Program-made: the position numbers and the translations under genes
NCBI GenBank assembly: GCA_002269645.1
Contig: NIVC01000224.1
Span: forward strand, 348,781 to 412,780
Direction: 5' to 3'
DNA: 64,000 nucleotides
Origin: Macrostomum lignano
Lineage: Eukaryota
In this document: positions 22,701 to 34,700 of the stretch, piece by piece
Numbering within the stretch: position 1 is the stretch's first letter
Layout of the letters: the number at the start of each line of letters is the position of its first letter
Notes under the pieces: generated by a model
Database searches by the model: none
What the model was told of the DNA's origin: nothing
The model's input: the letters and a program-made list of their open reading frames with translations, nothing else

Positions 22701-25700
22701 ATTTAGCATCCCTTAAGTTTTATGTTGCATCCCTGAAGCTTAATGTAGCATCCCTTAAGCTTAATGTAGCATCCCTGAAGCTTAATGTAGCATCCCTGAA
22801 GCTTAATTTAGCATCCCTTAAGTTTTATGTAGCATCCCTGAAGCTTAATTTAGCATCCTTTAAGTTTTATGTAGCATCCCTGAAGCTTAATTTAGCATCC
22901 CTGAAGCTTAATTTAGCATCCCTGAAGCTTAATTTAGCATCCCTTAAGTTTTATGTAGCATCCCTGAAGCTTAATTTAGCATCCCTGAAGCTTAATGTAG
23001 CATCCCTGAAGCTTAATTTAGCATCCCTGAAGCTTAATTTAGCATCCCTGAAGCTTAATGTAGCATCCCTGAAGCTTAATTTAGCATCCCTGAAGCTTAA
23101 TTTAGCATCCCTGAAGCTTAATTTAGCATCCCTGAAGCTTAATTTAGCATCCCTGAAGCTTAATTTAGCATCCCTGAAGCTTAATTTAGCATCCCTGAAG
23201 CTTAATTTAGCATCCCTGAAGCTTAATTTAGCATCCCTGAAGCTTAATTTAGCATCCCTGAAGCTTAATTTAGCATCCCTGAAGCTTAATTTAGCATCCC
23301 TTAAGTTTTATGTAGCATCCCTGAAGCTTAATTTAGCATCCCTTAAGTTTTATGTAGCATCCCTGAAGCTTAATTTAGCATCCCTTAAGTTTTATGTAGC
23401 ATCCCTGAAGCTTAATGTAGCATCCCTAAGTTTTATGTAGCATCCCTGAAGCTTAATGTAGCATCCCTTAAGTTTTATGTAGCATCCCTGAAGCTTAATG
23501 TAGCATCCCTTAAGTTTTATGTAGCATCCCTGAAGCTTAATGTAGCATCCCTTAAGTTTTATGTTGCATCCCTGAAGCTTAATGTAGCATCCCTTAAGTT
23601 TTATGTAGCATCCCTGAAGCTTAATGTAGCATCCCTTAAGTTTTATGTAGCATCCCTGAAGCTTAATTTAGCATCCCTTAAGTTTTATGTAGCATCCCTG
23701 AAGCTTAATTAGCATCCCTGAAGCTTAATTTAGCATCCCTTAAGTTTTATGTAGCATCCCTGAAGCTTAATTTAGCATCCCTTAAGTTTTATGTAGCATC
23801 CCTGAAGCTTAATGTAGCATCCCTTAAGTTTTATGTAGCATCCCTGAAGCTTAATGTAGCATCCCTTAAGTTTTATGTAGCATCCCTGAAGCTTAATGTA
23901 GCATCCCTTAAGTTTTATGTAGCATCCCTGAAGCTTAATGTAGCATCCCTTAAGTTTTATGTAGCATCCCTGAAGCTTAATGTAGCATCCCTTAAGTTTT
24001 ATGTAGCATCCCTGAAGCTTAATGTAGCATCCCTTAAGTTTTATGTAGCATCCCTGAAGCTTAATGTAGCATCCCTTAAGTTTTATGTAGCATCCCTGAA
24101 GCTTAATGTAGCATCCCTTAAGTTTTATGTAGCATCCCTGAAGCTTAATGTAGCATCCCTTAAGTTTTATGTAGCATCCCTGAAGCTTAATGTAGCATCC
24201 CTTAAGTTTTATGTTGCATCCCTGAAGCTTAATGTAGCATCCCTTAAGTTTTATGTTGCATCCCTGAAGCTTAATTTAGCATCCCTTAAGTTTTATGTAG
24301 CATCCCTGAAGCTTAATCTAGCATCCCTGAACCTTAATTTAGCATCCCTGAAGCTTAATTTAGCATCCCTGAAGCTAAATTTAGCATCCCTGAAGCTTAA
24401 TTTAGCATCCCTGAAGCTTAATTTAGCATCCCTGAAGCTTAATTTAGCATCCCTGAAGCTTAATTTAGCATCCCTTAAGTTTTATGTAGCATCCCTGAAG
24501 CTTAATGTAGCATCCCTTAAGTTTTATGTAGCATCCCTGAAGCTTAATGTAGCATCCCTTAAGTTTTATGTAGCATCCCTGAAGCTTAATGTAGCATCCC
24601 TGAAGCTAAATTTAGCATCCCTGAAGCTTAATTTAGCATCCCTGAAGCTAAATTTAGCATCCCTGAAGCTTAATTTAGCATCCCTGAAGCTTAATTTAGC
24701 ATCCCTGAAGCTTAATTTAGCATCCCTGAAGCTTAATTTAGCATCCCTGAAGCTTAATTTAGCATCCCTGAAGCTTAATTTAGCATCCCTGAAGCTTAAT
24801 TTAGCATCCCTTAAGTTTTATGTAGCATCCCTGAAGCTTAATGTAGCATCCCTTAAGTTAATTTAGCATCCCTGAAGCTTAATTTAGCATCCCTGAAGCT
24901 TAATTTAGCATCCCTGAAGCTTAATTTAGCATCCCTGAAGCTTAATTTAGCATCCCTGAAGCTTAATTTAGCATCCCTGAAGCTTAATTTAGCATCCCTG
25001 AAGCTTAATTTAGCATCCCTGAAGCTTAATTTAGCATCCCTGAAGCTTAATTTAGCATCCCTGAAGCTTATTTAGCATCCCTGAAGCTTAATTTAGCATC
25101 CCTGAAGCTTAATTTAGCATCCCTGAAGCTTAATTTAGCATCCCTGAAGCTTAATTTAGCATCCCTGAAGCTTAATTTAGCATCCCTGAAGCTTAATTTA
25201 GCATCCCTGAAGCTTAATGTAGCATCCCTGAAGCTTAATGTAGCATCCCTGAAGCTTAATGTAGCATCCCTGAAGCTTAATTTAGCATCCCTGAAGATTA
25301 TTTTAGCATTCCTTAATATTTGTTCATTCAATTCTATTTTAACGTAACTGAAACTTGAAATTTTAGTATTGTAAGTGGAATAACATTTAGCATTTCATAG
25401 AATTACATTTAATAAACAAAATTGCGAATTTCTAGTTGCTAAGCATGAAGACTACCCCCCCCCCTGTAATAGCAGCCAGTGTGCCACTGTGTTATTAAGA
25501 TCCTCATGTCGTCAGCGGAGGGGAGTGTGCGTGAGAGAGAGAAGGCAAGCACGAACTAGGAAGCGCAGTATTAGCTATGCTCATGAAGTTTGCTCAGACT
25601 CTTAAAAGCTAGCAGTTGCAATAAGTTATTATTTTGGCCTTCTTGTCTGTAATGCATGCTCGCTCAGGATTACACGCTTCATGACAGGGCTTTTGCAGCC

Positions 25701-28700
25701 AGATGGTGTTCTTATTTCTAGGTCCCTCTGTATTCCTTTCTGTTCATGTAATATATTTTAGCTGCCTTGGTTCATCTTCAAGCCACTTCAAAATAGCCTT
25801 TTTCCAACTGGAGAATTGCTCTGAAGATTTAACCTGCTTTAAATATTTGTGACAAGTCGCCCTGACACAGAAAATAATTGCCCTGACACAGAAAATAATT
25901 GCCCTGACACAGAAAATAATTGCCCTGACACAGAAAATAATCGCCCTGACACAGAAAATTAATTGCCCTGACACAGACAGGAGTCGCCCTGACTCACGAA
26001 AGAATCGGCCTGACTCATGAAAGAATCGGCCTGACTCATGAAAGAATTGCCCTGACTCAAAAGAATCGCCCTGACTCATGAAAGAATCGGCCTGACTCAT
26101 GAAAGAATCGCCCTGACTCATAAAAGAATCGCCCTGACTCAAAAGAAATGCCCTGACTCATGAAAGAATCGCCCTGACTCAAAAGAATCGCCCTGACTCA
26201 TAAAAGAATCGGCCTGACTCATGAAAGAATCGCCCTGACTCATGAGAGAATCGCCCTGACTCATAAAAGAATCGGCCTGACTCATAAAAGAATCGGCCTG
26301 ACTCATGAAAGAATCGCCCTGACTCAAAAGAATCGCCCTGACTCATAAAAGAATCGCCCTGACTCATAAAAGAATCGCCCTGACTCATAAAAGAATCGCC
26401 CTGACTCAAAAGAAATGCCCTGACTCATAAAAGAATCGCCCTGACTCATAAAAGAATCGCCCTGACTCATAAAAGAATCGCCCTGACTCAAAAGAATCGG
26501 CCTGACTCATGAAAGAATCGCCCTGACTCAAAAGAATCGCCCTGACTCATAAAAGAATCGCCCTGACTCATAAAAGAATCGCCCTGACTCATGAAAGAAT
26601 CGCCCTGACTCAAAAGAATCGCCCTGACTCATGAAAGAATCGCCCTGACTCAAAAGAATCGCCCTGACTCATGAAAGAATCGCCCTGACTCAAAAGAATC
26701 GGCCTGACTCATGAAAGAATCGCCCTGACTCAAAAGAATCGCCCTGACTCATAAAAGAATCGCCCTGACTCATAAAAGAATCGCCCTGACACAGAAAATA
26801 ATCGCTTTAAAAGCGATCGATATTTCTTTAATCAATCATTGCGTTAAACGTATAAACTGTTTCTTTGAACCTGTGCGTAAATAGTTCATACAAACCTTAC
26901 ATTGCAGGTCATTCGCTGATTCAATTCATCAAGCACATTAGCAACGATAATTTTCTTGCGAACGAGAACAAAGAGATCCGATTGGAGGCAGTGAAAACCT
27001 GTTCGCAGTTGCTAACGCCTCTTGTGAAAGCTGTAAGTTACTTATGACTTTTGTGTCATTTTGATAATGTTTTTTTTCGAGGGCTGAGATTCCTGCACTC
27101 GATCCCAAAAAAATCAATATTTTCCATTCTTCAGTCTGGTTAGGATTTGCAGAGCTTCAGTAATTAGGGATGATATTCCCAAAGCTTCAGTCTTTTAGGG
27201 TGAGATTTCCGGAGCGTCAGACTTTAAGGGTGAGATTTCCGAAGCTTCAGCCTTTGAGGGTAAGATTTCCGGAGCGTCAGACTTTGAGGGTGAGGTTTCC
27301 GGAGCTTCAGCCTTTGAGGGTGAGATTTCCGGAGCTTTAGTCTTTGAAGGTGAGATTTCCGGAGCTTCAGTCTTTGAGGGTGAGATTTCCGGCGCTTCAG
27401 TCTTTGAGGGTGAGATTTCCGAAGCTTCAGTCTTTGAGGGTGAGATTTCCGGAGCTTCAGTCTTTGAGGGTGAGATTTCCGAAGCTTCAGTCTTTGAGGG
27501 TGAGATTTCCGAAGCTTTAGTCTTTGAAGGTGAGATTTCCGGAGCTTCAGTCTTTGAGGGTGAGATTTCCGAAGCTTCAGTCTTTAAGGGTGAGATTTCC
27601 GGAGCTTCAGCCTTTGAGGGTGAGATTTCCGGAGCTTCAGCCTTTGAGGGTGAGATTTCCGGAGCTTCAGCCTTTGAGGGTGAGATTTCCGGAGCTTCAG
27701 TCTTTGGGGTGAGATTTCCGAAGCTTCAGTCTTTGAGGGTGAGATTTCCGGAGCTTCAGTCTTTGAGGGTGAGATTTCCGGAGCTTCAGCTTTTGAGGGT
27801 GAGATTTCCGGAGCTTCAGCCTTTGAGGGTGAGATTTCCGGAGCTTCAGCTTTTGAGGGTGAGATTTCCGGAGCTTCAGTCTTTGAGGGTGAGATTTCCG
27901 GAGCTTCAGTCTTTGAGGGTGAGATTTCCGGAGCTTCAGTCTTTGAGGGTGAGATTTCCGGAGCTTCAGTCTTTGGGGTGAGATTTCCGGAGCTTTAGTC
28001 TTTAGGGGTGAGATTTCCGGAGCTTCAGTCTTTTAGGGTGAGATTTCCGGAGCTTCAGTCTTTTAGGGTGAGATTTCCGGAGCTTCAGTCTTTGGGGGTG
28101 AGATTTCCGGAGCTTCAGCCTTTGAGGGTGAGATTTCCGGAGCTTCAGTCTTTGGGGGTGAGATTTCCGGAGCTTCAGCCTTTGAAGGTGAGATTTCCGG
28201 AGCTTCAGTCTTTAGGGTGAGATTTCCGGAGCTTCAGTCTTTAGGGGTGAGATTTCCGGAGCTTCAGTCTTTGAGGGTGAGATTTCCGGAGCTTCAGTCT
28301 TTGGGGTGAGATTTCCGGAGCTTCAGTCTTTTAAGGTGAGATTTCCGGAACTTCAGTATTTAGATGTGAGATTTCCAAAGCATCATTTTTTAAGTAATTC
28401 CGCACATTCAATGTCTGGATTTGTGACAAGGTAGGTAGGGAAAGGTGGGGAAAGCAAAAGTGCAATTCTAGACTCAACAGTCCGCCCATAGGGTTCTGCC
28501 CATTTTTTCCCGCATCAACCCACCCGCTTGATTATGAAAGAAGAGACTTAATTAAATTAGAAACCACGCCCCCGCGCACGTCTACTTTAAACCGGCCGCA
28601 TTTCGTGAAGATTTAGTATACAGGATTATTTATTGCTAATTGGTGATGAAGCAAAGAGAAAAAAATTGTGTTTGTTTTGCTCGGAACGCAATCTTTTTGG

Positions 28701-31700
28701 ATGATTTTTGTTGCTGTGTTTTTTTAGGTTGAACACAGACATCAGGATGCCCTTATTTGAAATATTCCAATGTGTCAGGAACTCTACATTAGAATCAAGA
28801 TCCCCATATTAGAATCAAGATCCCCATATTAGAATCAAGATCCCCATATTAGAATCAAGATCCCCATATTAGAATCAAGATCCCTATATTAGAATCAAGA
28901 TCCCCATATTAGAATCAAGATCCCCATATTAGAATTAAGATCTCCATATTAGAATCAAGATCCCCATATTAGCATCAAGATCCCCATATTAGAATCAAGA
29001 TCCCCATATTAGAATCAAGATCCCTATATTAGAATCAAGATCCCCATATTAGAATCAAGATCCCCATATTAGAATTAAGATCTCCATATTAGAATCAAGA
29101 TCCCCATATTAGAATCAAGATCCCCATATTAGAATCAAGATCCCCATATTAGAATCAAGATCCCCATATTAGAATCAAGATCCCCATATTAGAATCAAGA
29201 TCCCCATATTAGAATCAAGATCCCTATATTAGAATCAAGATCCCCATATTAGAATCAAGATCCCCATATTAGAATCAAGATCCCAATATTAGAATCAAGA
29301 TCCCCATATTAGAATCAAGATCCCCATATTAGAATCAAGATCCCCATATTAGAATTAAGATCCCCATATTAGAATCAAGATCCCCATATTAGAATCAAGA
29401 TCCCCATATTAGAATCAAGATCCCCATATTCGAATCAAGATCCCCATATTAGAATCAAGATCTCCATGTTAAAATTAATATCCCAATATTAGAATTAAGG
29501 TACCCATATTAGAAATATAAATCCCTCATATTAGAAATCTAAATCCCCATATTAGTAATCGAAATCCCTCATACTGGAAATCCAAATCCCTATATTAAAA
29601 ACTTAAATCCCCCATTAGAAACCAAAATCCCCGTATTACAATAAGATCCCCATATTAGAATCAAAATTCCCATATTGCGATCATATTGCAATCCCCATAT
29701 TGGAAACTAGTCCTTTAAGAAAAGAGCATTTTAAAATCCCCACTCCTGATTTATCCCAGTGCTCGTCACCGGATGGCGCCTCCGAGAGCGGCGTGAACAC
29801 AATTAGCAGCGTACTAACCAGACTACTGGAAGTAGGCATCACGGATTTTGAATCGGACATTCGCAAAGCTGTTTTACTGTGCATGGACGATCGGTTTGAC
29901 CTGTATCTAGGCCAGATGGAGCATCTGCACACACTGTTTGTGGCTTTAAACGACGAGAATTTCAAAATTCGCGTCCTAGCTCTGCGAACTATTGGCAGAT
30001 TAAGTGCTGTTAATCCGGCTTATAGTCAGCCAAATTTGAGACGGTTTCTGCTGCAACTGCTCACTGATTTGGATCTGGCTTTGCCCAATAGGCAGCGCGA
30101 GCAGTCTGCGGTGCTGCTCAGTCACTTGTTGAATACGACACCTAGGTACGGCTGGATTTTCGCCCTGATACTCAAATCTCACTCTCCCTGATGCTCAAAT
30201 CTCACTGTCCGTGATGCTCGAATCTCACTCTCCCTGATGCTCAAATCTCACTATCCGTGATGCTCGAATCTCACTCTCCCTGATGCTCAAATCTCACTCT
30301 CCCTTATATTCACATCTCACTCTCCCTGATGCTCAAATCTCACTCTCCCTGATGCTCAAATCTCACTGTCCGTGATGCTCGAATCTCACTCTCCCTGATG
30401 CTTAAATCTCACTCTCCCTGATGCTCAAATCTCACTCTCCCTGATGCTCAAATCTCACTCTCCCTGATGCTCAAATCTCACTCTCCCTGATGCTCAAATC
30501 TCACTCTCCCTGATGCTCAAATCTCACTCTCCCTGATGCTCAAATCTCACTCTCCCTGATGCTCAAATCTCACTCTCCCTGATGCTCAAATCTCACTCTC
30601 CCTGATGCTCAAATCTCACTCTCCCTGATGCTCAAATCTCACTGTCCGTGATGCTCGAATCTCACTCTCCCTGATGCTCAAATCTCACTATCCGTGATGC
30701 TCGAATCTCACTCTCCCTGATGCTCAAATCTCACTGTCCGTGATGCTCGAATCTCACTCTCCCTGATGCTCAAATCTCACTCTCCCTGATGCTCAAATCT
30801 CACTCTCCCTGATGCTCAAATCTCACTCTCCCTGATGCTCAAATCTCACTCTCCCTGATGCTCAAATCTCACTCTCCCTGATGCTCAAATCTCACTCTCC
30901 CTGATGCTCAAATCTCACTCTCCCTGATGCTCAAATCTCACTCTCCCTGATGCTCAAATCTCACTCTCCCTGATGCTCAAATCTTACTCTCCCTGATGCT
31001 CAAATCTCACTCTCCCTGATGCTCAAATCTCACTCTCCCTGATGCTCAAATCTCACTCTCCCTGATGCTCAAATCTCACTCTCCCTGATGCTCAAATCTC
31101 ACTCTCCCTGATGCTCAAATCTCACTCTCCCTGATGCTCAAATCTCACTCTCCCTGATGCTCAAATCTCACTCTCCCTGATGCTCAAATCTCACTCTCCC
31201 GGATGCTCAACTCTCACCGTTCACGGTCAAATCTTAGCCCTAAATTTTAATTTTCACCCCGTGAGCCTTTAATATCAGCAAATCTAACCAATCGTCAGGT
31301 TTGTTCAACCATACGGCAAGTCTTTGTTCGCGGCTCTGCTACCTCGCCTTGCCAGTCCTCAATTAGAGAACAGCAGCTCCCCGCTAACCGTGGCTCTGCT
31401 TCAATGCGTTGGCGAACTGGCCCGGATTTGCCCGGCTCCACTGCGAGACCACATAGACACCATCTATCCTATGCTGCTTGGCCTTCTATCCGATCAGCAA
31501 TCGCCGGATAAACGCGAGAAAGCAATTTGGGCTTTAGGTCACGTGGTTAGTAGTTCAGGATTTCTAGTTCGGCCGTACGAACGGTTTCCGGATCTGTTGA
31601 ATACTCTGCTGACTATGATGCGTACGGAGCATTCTAAGGCTATTCGTAGGCAGGTAAGTGGCACTTTGTAGTTTAATAGTACATATGTACTTTAATTTTG

Positions 31701-34700
31701 AGTCAACTTGCACTTTACCGAAAAGTACACGGGTACTTTTACGAGTAGCGTTAAAGTACATGTATGTATGCACACCAAATAAAAAAATATGTTGATATTA
31801 AAATACGAGCATCTGCGTACTTCTCTGACCAAAAACGTACTTTTATTTAAAGTACATGCACGTAAATTTTTTTGACCAAAAACGCTGAATAACTCTTTAA
31901 GGGACTCTAGCGACTCTGGGGCAAACTCTTGTGACTTTTGAGTCATGAGCGCATCACGTGAGGGGTAGAATCGTAAATAGGTCGCGAAAAAGTGGTCCGA
32001 ATGTTTAAAAAATTTTCTTGTAACTTTCCAGGTGCTTCGCGTGATCGGCTGCATCGGGGCCCTGGATCCGTTCACGCTAAAAATCTATCTGAACGAAGTT
32101 GACGCTGTAGGCGATACTCAATACATTTTGTCCCTGCACGAAGTTGAGGAACGTTCGGAGGTTGACTTGACTCAGAATGAATTGCTAGTGTCAGTTAACT
32201 GGGCCACCTTCAATGAGTTTTATGCCGCGTGCGCCTTCTCTGTCCTGATGGGCTTGCTGAGAGATCCTGGCAATCAGAATTCCTCTCTGACTAATAATAT
32301 TGTAGCCGCTATTATGTTTATGTTCTCTTCGCTGCAGTCCCAGGCTACTAAATACCTTAATCAGGTGAGAGGACTTTGAGTGAATTTTGAGTGAAGTTTA
32401 TCGACTCATGCGTGATAGTCATCGTATTCGGGATTGTAAGTTAAGATTTATGATTCAAATTCGGACTTTTATGTTCAAGATTCGAATCTTTTTTGATACA
32501 GTGATTTGGGATTCGAATGTTTAAGATGTAGGGATATGGGATTCGGATATTTGGGATTTAGGGATATGGGATTCGAATATTTGAGGTATCGAGATCTGGG
32601 ATTCGAGTATTTAAAATGTAGGGATATGGGATTCGAATATTTGCAATGTAGAGATATGACATTCGAATATTTGGGATGTAGGGATATGATATTCGAATAT
32701 TTGGGATGTAAGGATATGAGATTCGAATATTTGGGATGTAGATATGAGATTCGAATATTTGGGATGTAGAGATATGAGATTCGAATATTTGGGATGTAGG
32801 GATATGAGATTCGAATATTTGGGATGCATCGATATGGGATTCGAATATTTGGGATGTAAATATATAAGATTCGAATATTTGGGATGTAAGGATATGAGAT
32901 TCGAATATTTGCAATGTAGAGATATGAGATTCGAATATTTGGGATGCAGCGATATAGGATTCGAATATTTGAGATGTAAGGATATGAGATTCGAATGTAT
33001 GGAATTTAGGGATATGATATTCGAATATTTAGGGTATCAAAATATTGGATTCGAATATATGCAGTACCAAAGTATTATATTTAATTTTAATATTGCAACG
33101 CTATTTCCAAACAATGTCCCTCTACGCTTTAAAAACGCAGGTGGTTCCTCTGTACCTGGACGTCGTAGGCCAGAAGTCGCTGTCATCCGACATTCGCCGC
33201 TACATGATAAGCCAGCTAGCCGAAATGGTCAACATTGTCAAATTGCACATTAAACCATTTATGCCGCAGATTGTCAAATTAATGCACGAATTCTGGAGCG
33301 AAGAGGATAGCGAAATATTAATCTCGCTAATTGAACTGCTGGTCAGCTGTTTGTACGCCTGCGGCACCTGTTTTCGCGAGTACCTGCCCGTTGTGCTGCC
33401 GAATTTGCTCAACGTATTGAATAATGATTCGTGCGAAGATAAGCGATTGACTACTCAGGTGAGCGAATAATAGTAATCTGATGCTTTCTAATGTACCTTT
33501 GTTCTGGGTATTTTTTATGGGAGGCTTCACAAGCGCTAATTTTCATAAGCGCTAATTCATCTACTTTCACAAGCGCTAAATTTCACAAACGCTAAACTTC
33601 ACAATAGCTACAAATTCGCCACCTACTTTCACAAGCGCTAAACTTCACAATAGCTACAAATTCGCCACCTAATTTCACAAACGCTAGATTTCACAAACGC
33701 TAAACTTCAGAATAGCGAAACCACCTACTTTCACAAGCGCTAAACTTTAAAGTAATTCATATTTAATTTTTATTAATTGTTGGGATTTCAATACTTCTAT
33801 CTGTTGTCAATTTTCTGTAAATCTGTAAACATGGAGTCTCTAGACTTATGCAGACTTTTGAGAATCATAGAGGCTCAGAAATTTAATAAAATTATTGTAA
33901 TCAAATTATTTCAAATTATTTCAAATTTTCTTATTCTAAGAAACTCTAGAACCTTATCTCTGAAATAACTATATTTCTAAGAAGCTCTAGGACCTTATCT
34001 CCGAAATAACTATATTTCTAAGAAGCTCTAGAACCTTATCTCCGAAATAACTATATTTCTAAGAAACTCTAGAACCTTATCTCCGAAATAACTATATTTC
34101 TAAGAAACTCTAGAACCTTATCTCCGAAATAACTATATTTCTAAGAAACTATAGAACCTTATCTCCAAAATAACTATATTTCTAAGAAACTCTACAACCT
34201 TATCTCTGAAATAACTATATTTCTAAAAAACTATAGAACCTTATTTCTGAAATAACTATATTTCTAAGAAACTCTAAGAACCTTATCTCCGAAATAACTA
34301 TATTTCTAAGAAACTCTAGAACCTTATCTCTGAAATAACTATATTTCTAAGAAACTCTAGAACCTTTCTGAAATAACTATATTTCTAAGAAGCTCTAGAA
34401 CCTTATCTCTGAAATAACTATATTTCTAAGAAACTATAAAACCTTATATCTGAAATAACTATATTTCTAAGAAATTATAGAACCTTATCTCCGAAATAAC
34501 TATATTTCTAAGAAGCTCTAGAACCTTATATCTGAAATAACTATATTTCTAAGAAACTCTAGAACCTTATCTCTGAAATAACTATATTTCTAAGAAACTA
34601 TAGAACCTTATCTCTGAAATAACTATATTTCTAAGAAACTCTAGAACCTTATCTCTGAAATAACTATATTTCTAAGAAGCTCTAGAACCTAATCTCTGAA

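Noticed and set aside
28395-28640. GC-box-containing island in intron 7 as an internal promoter
   Set aside because: Only isolated CCGCCC/CCACGCCCCC motifs, with no other support from sequence alone.
28729-28760. Extra TOR micro-exon after the strong TTTTTTTAG acceptor
   Set aside because: The phase 0 frame hits TGA within 11 codons, no good donor follows, and exon 7 joins exon 8 in frame without it.
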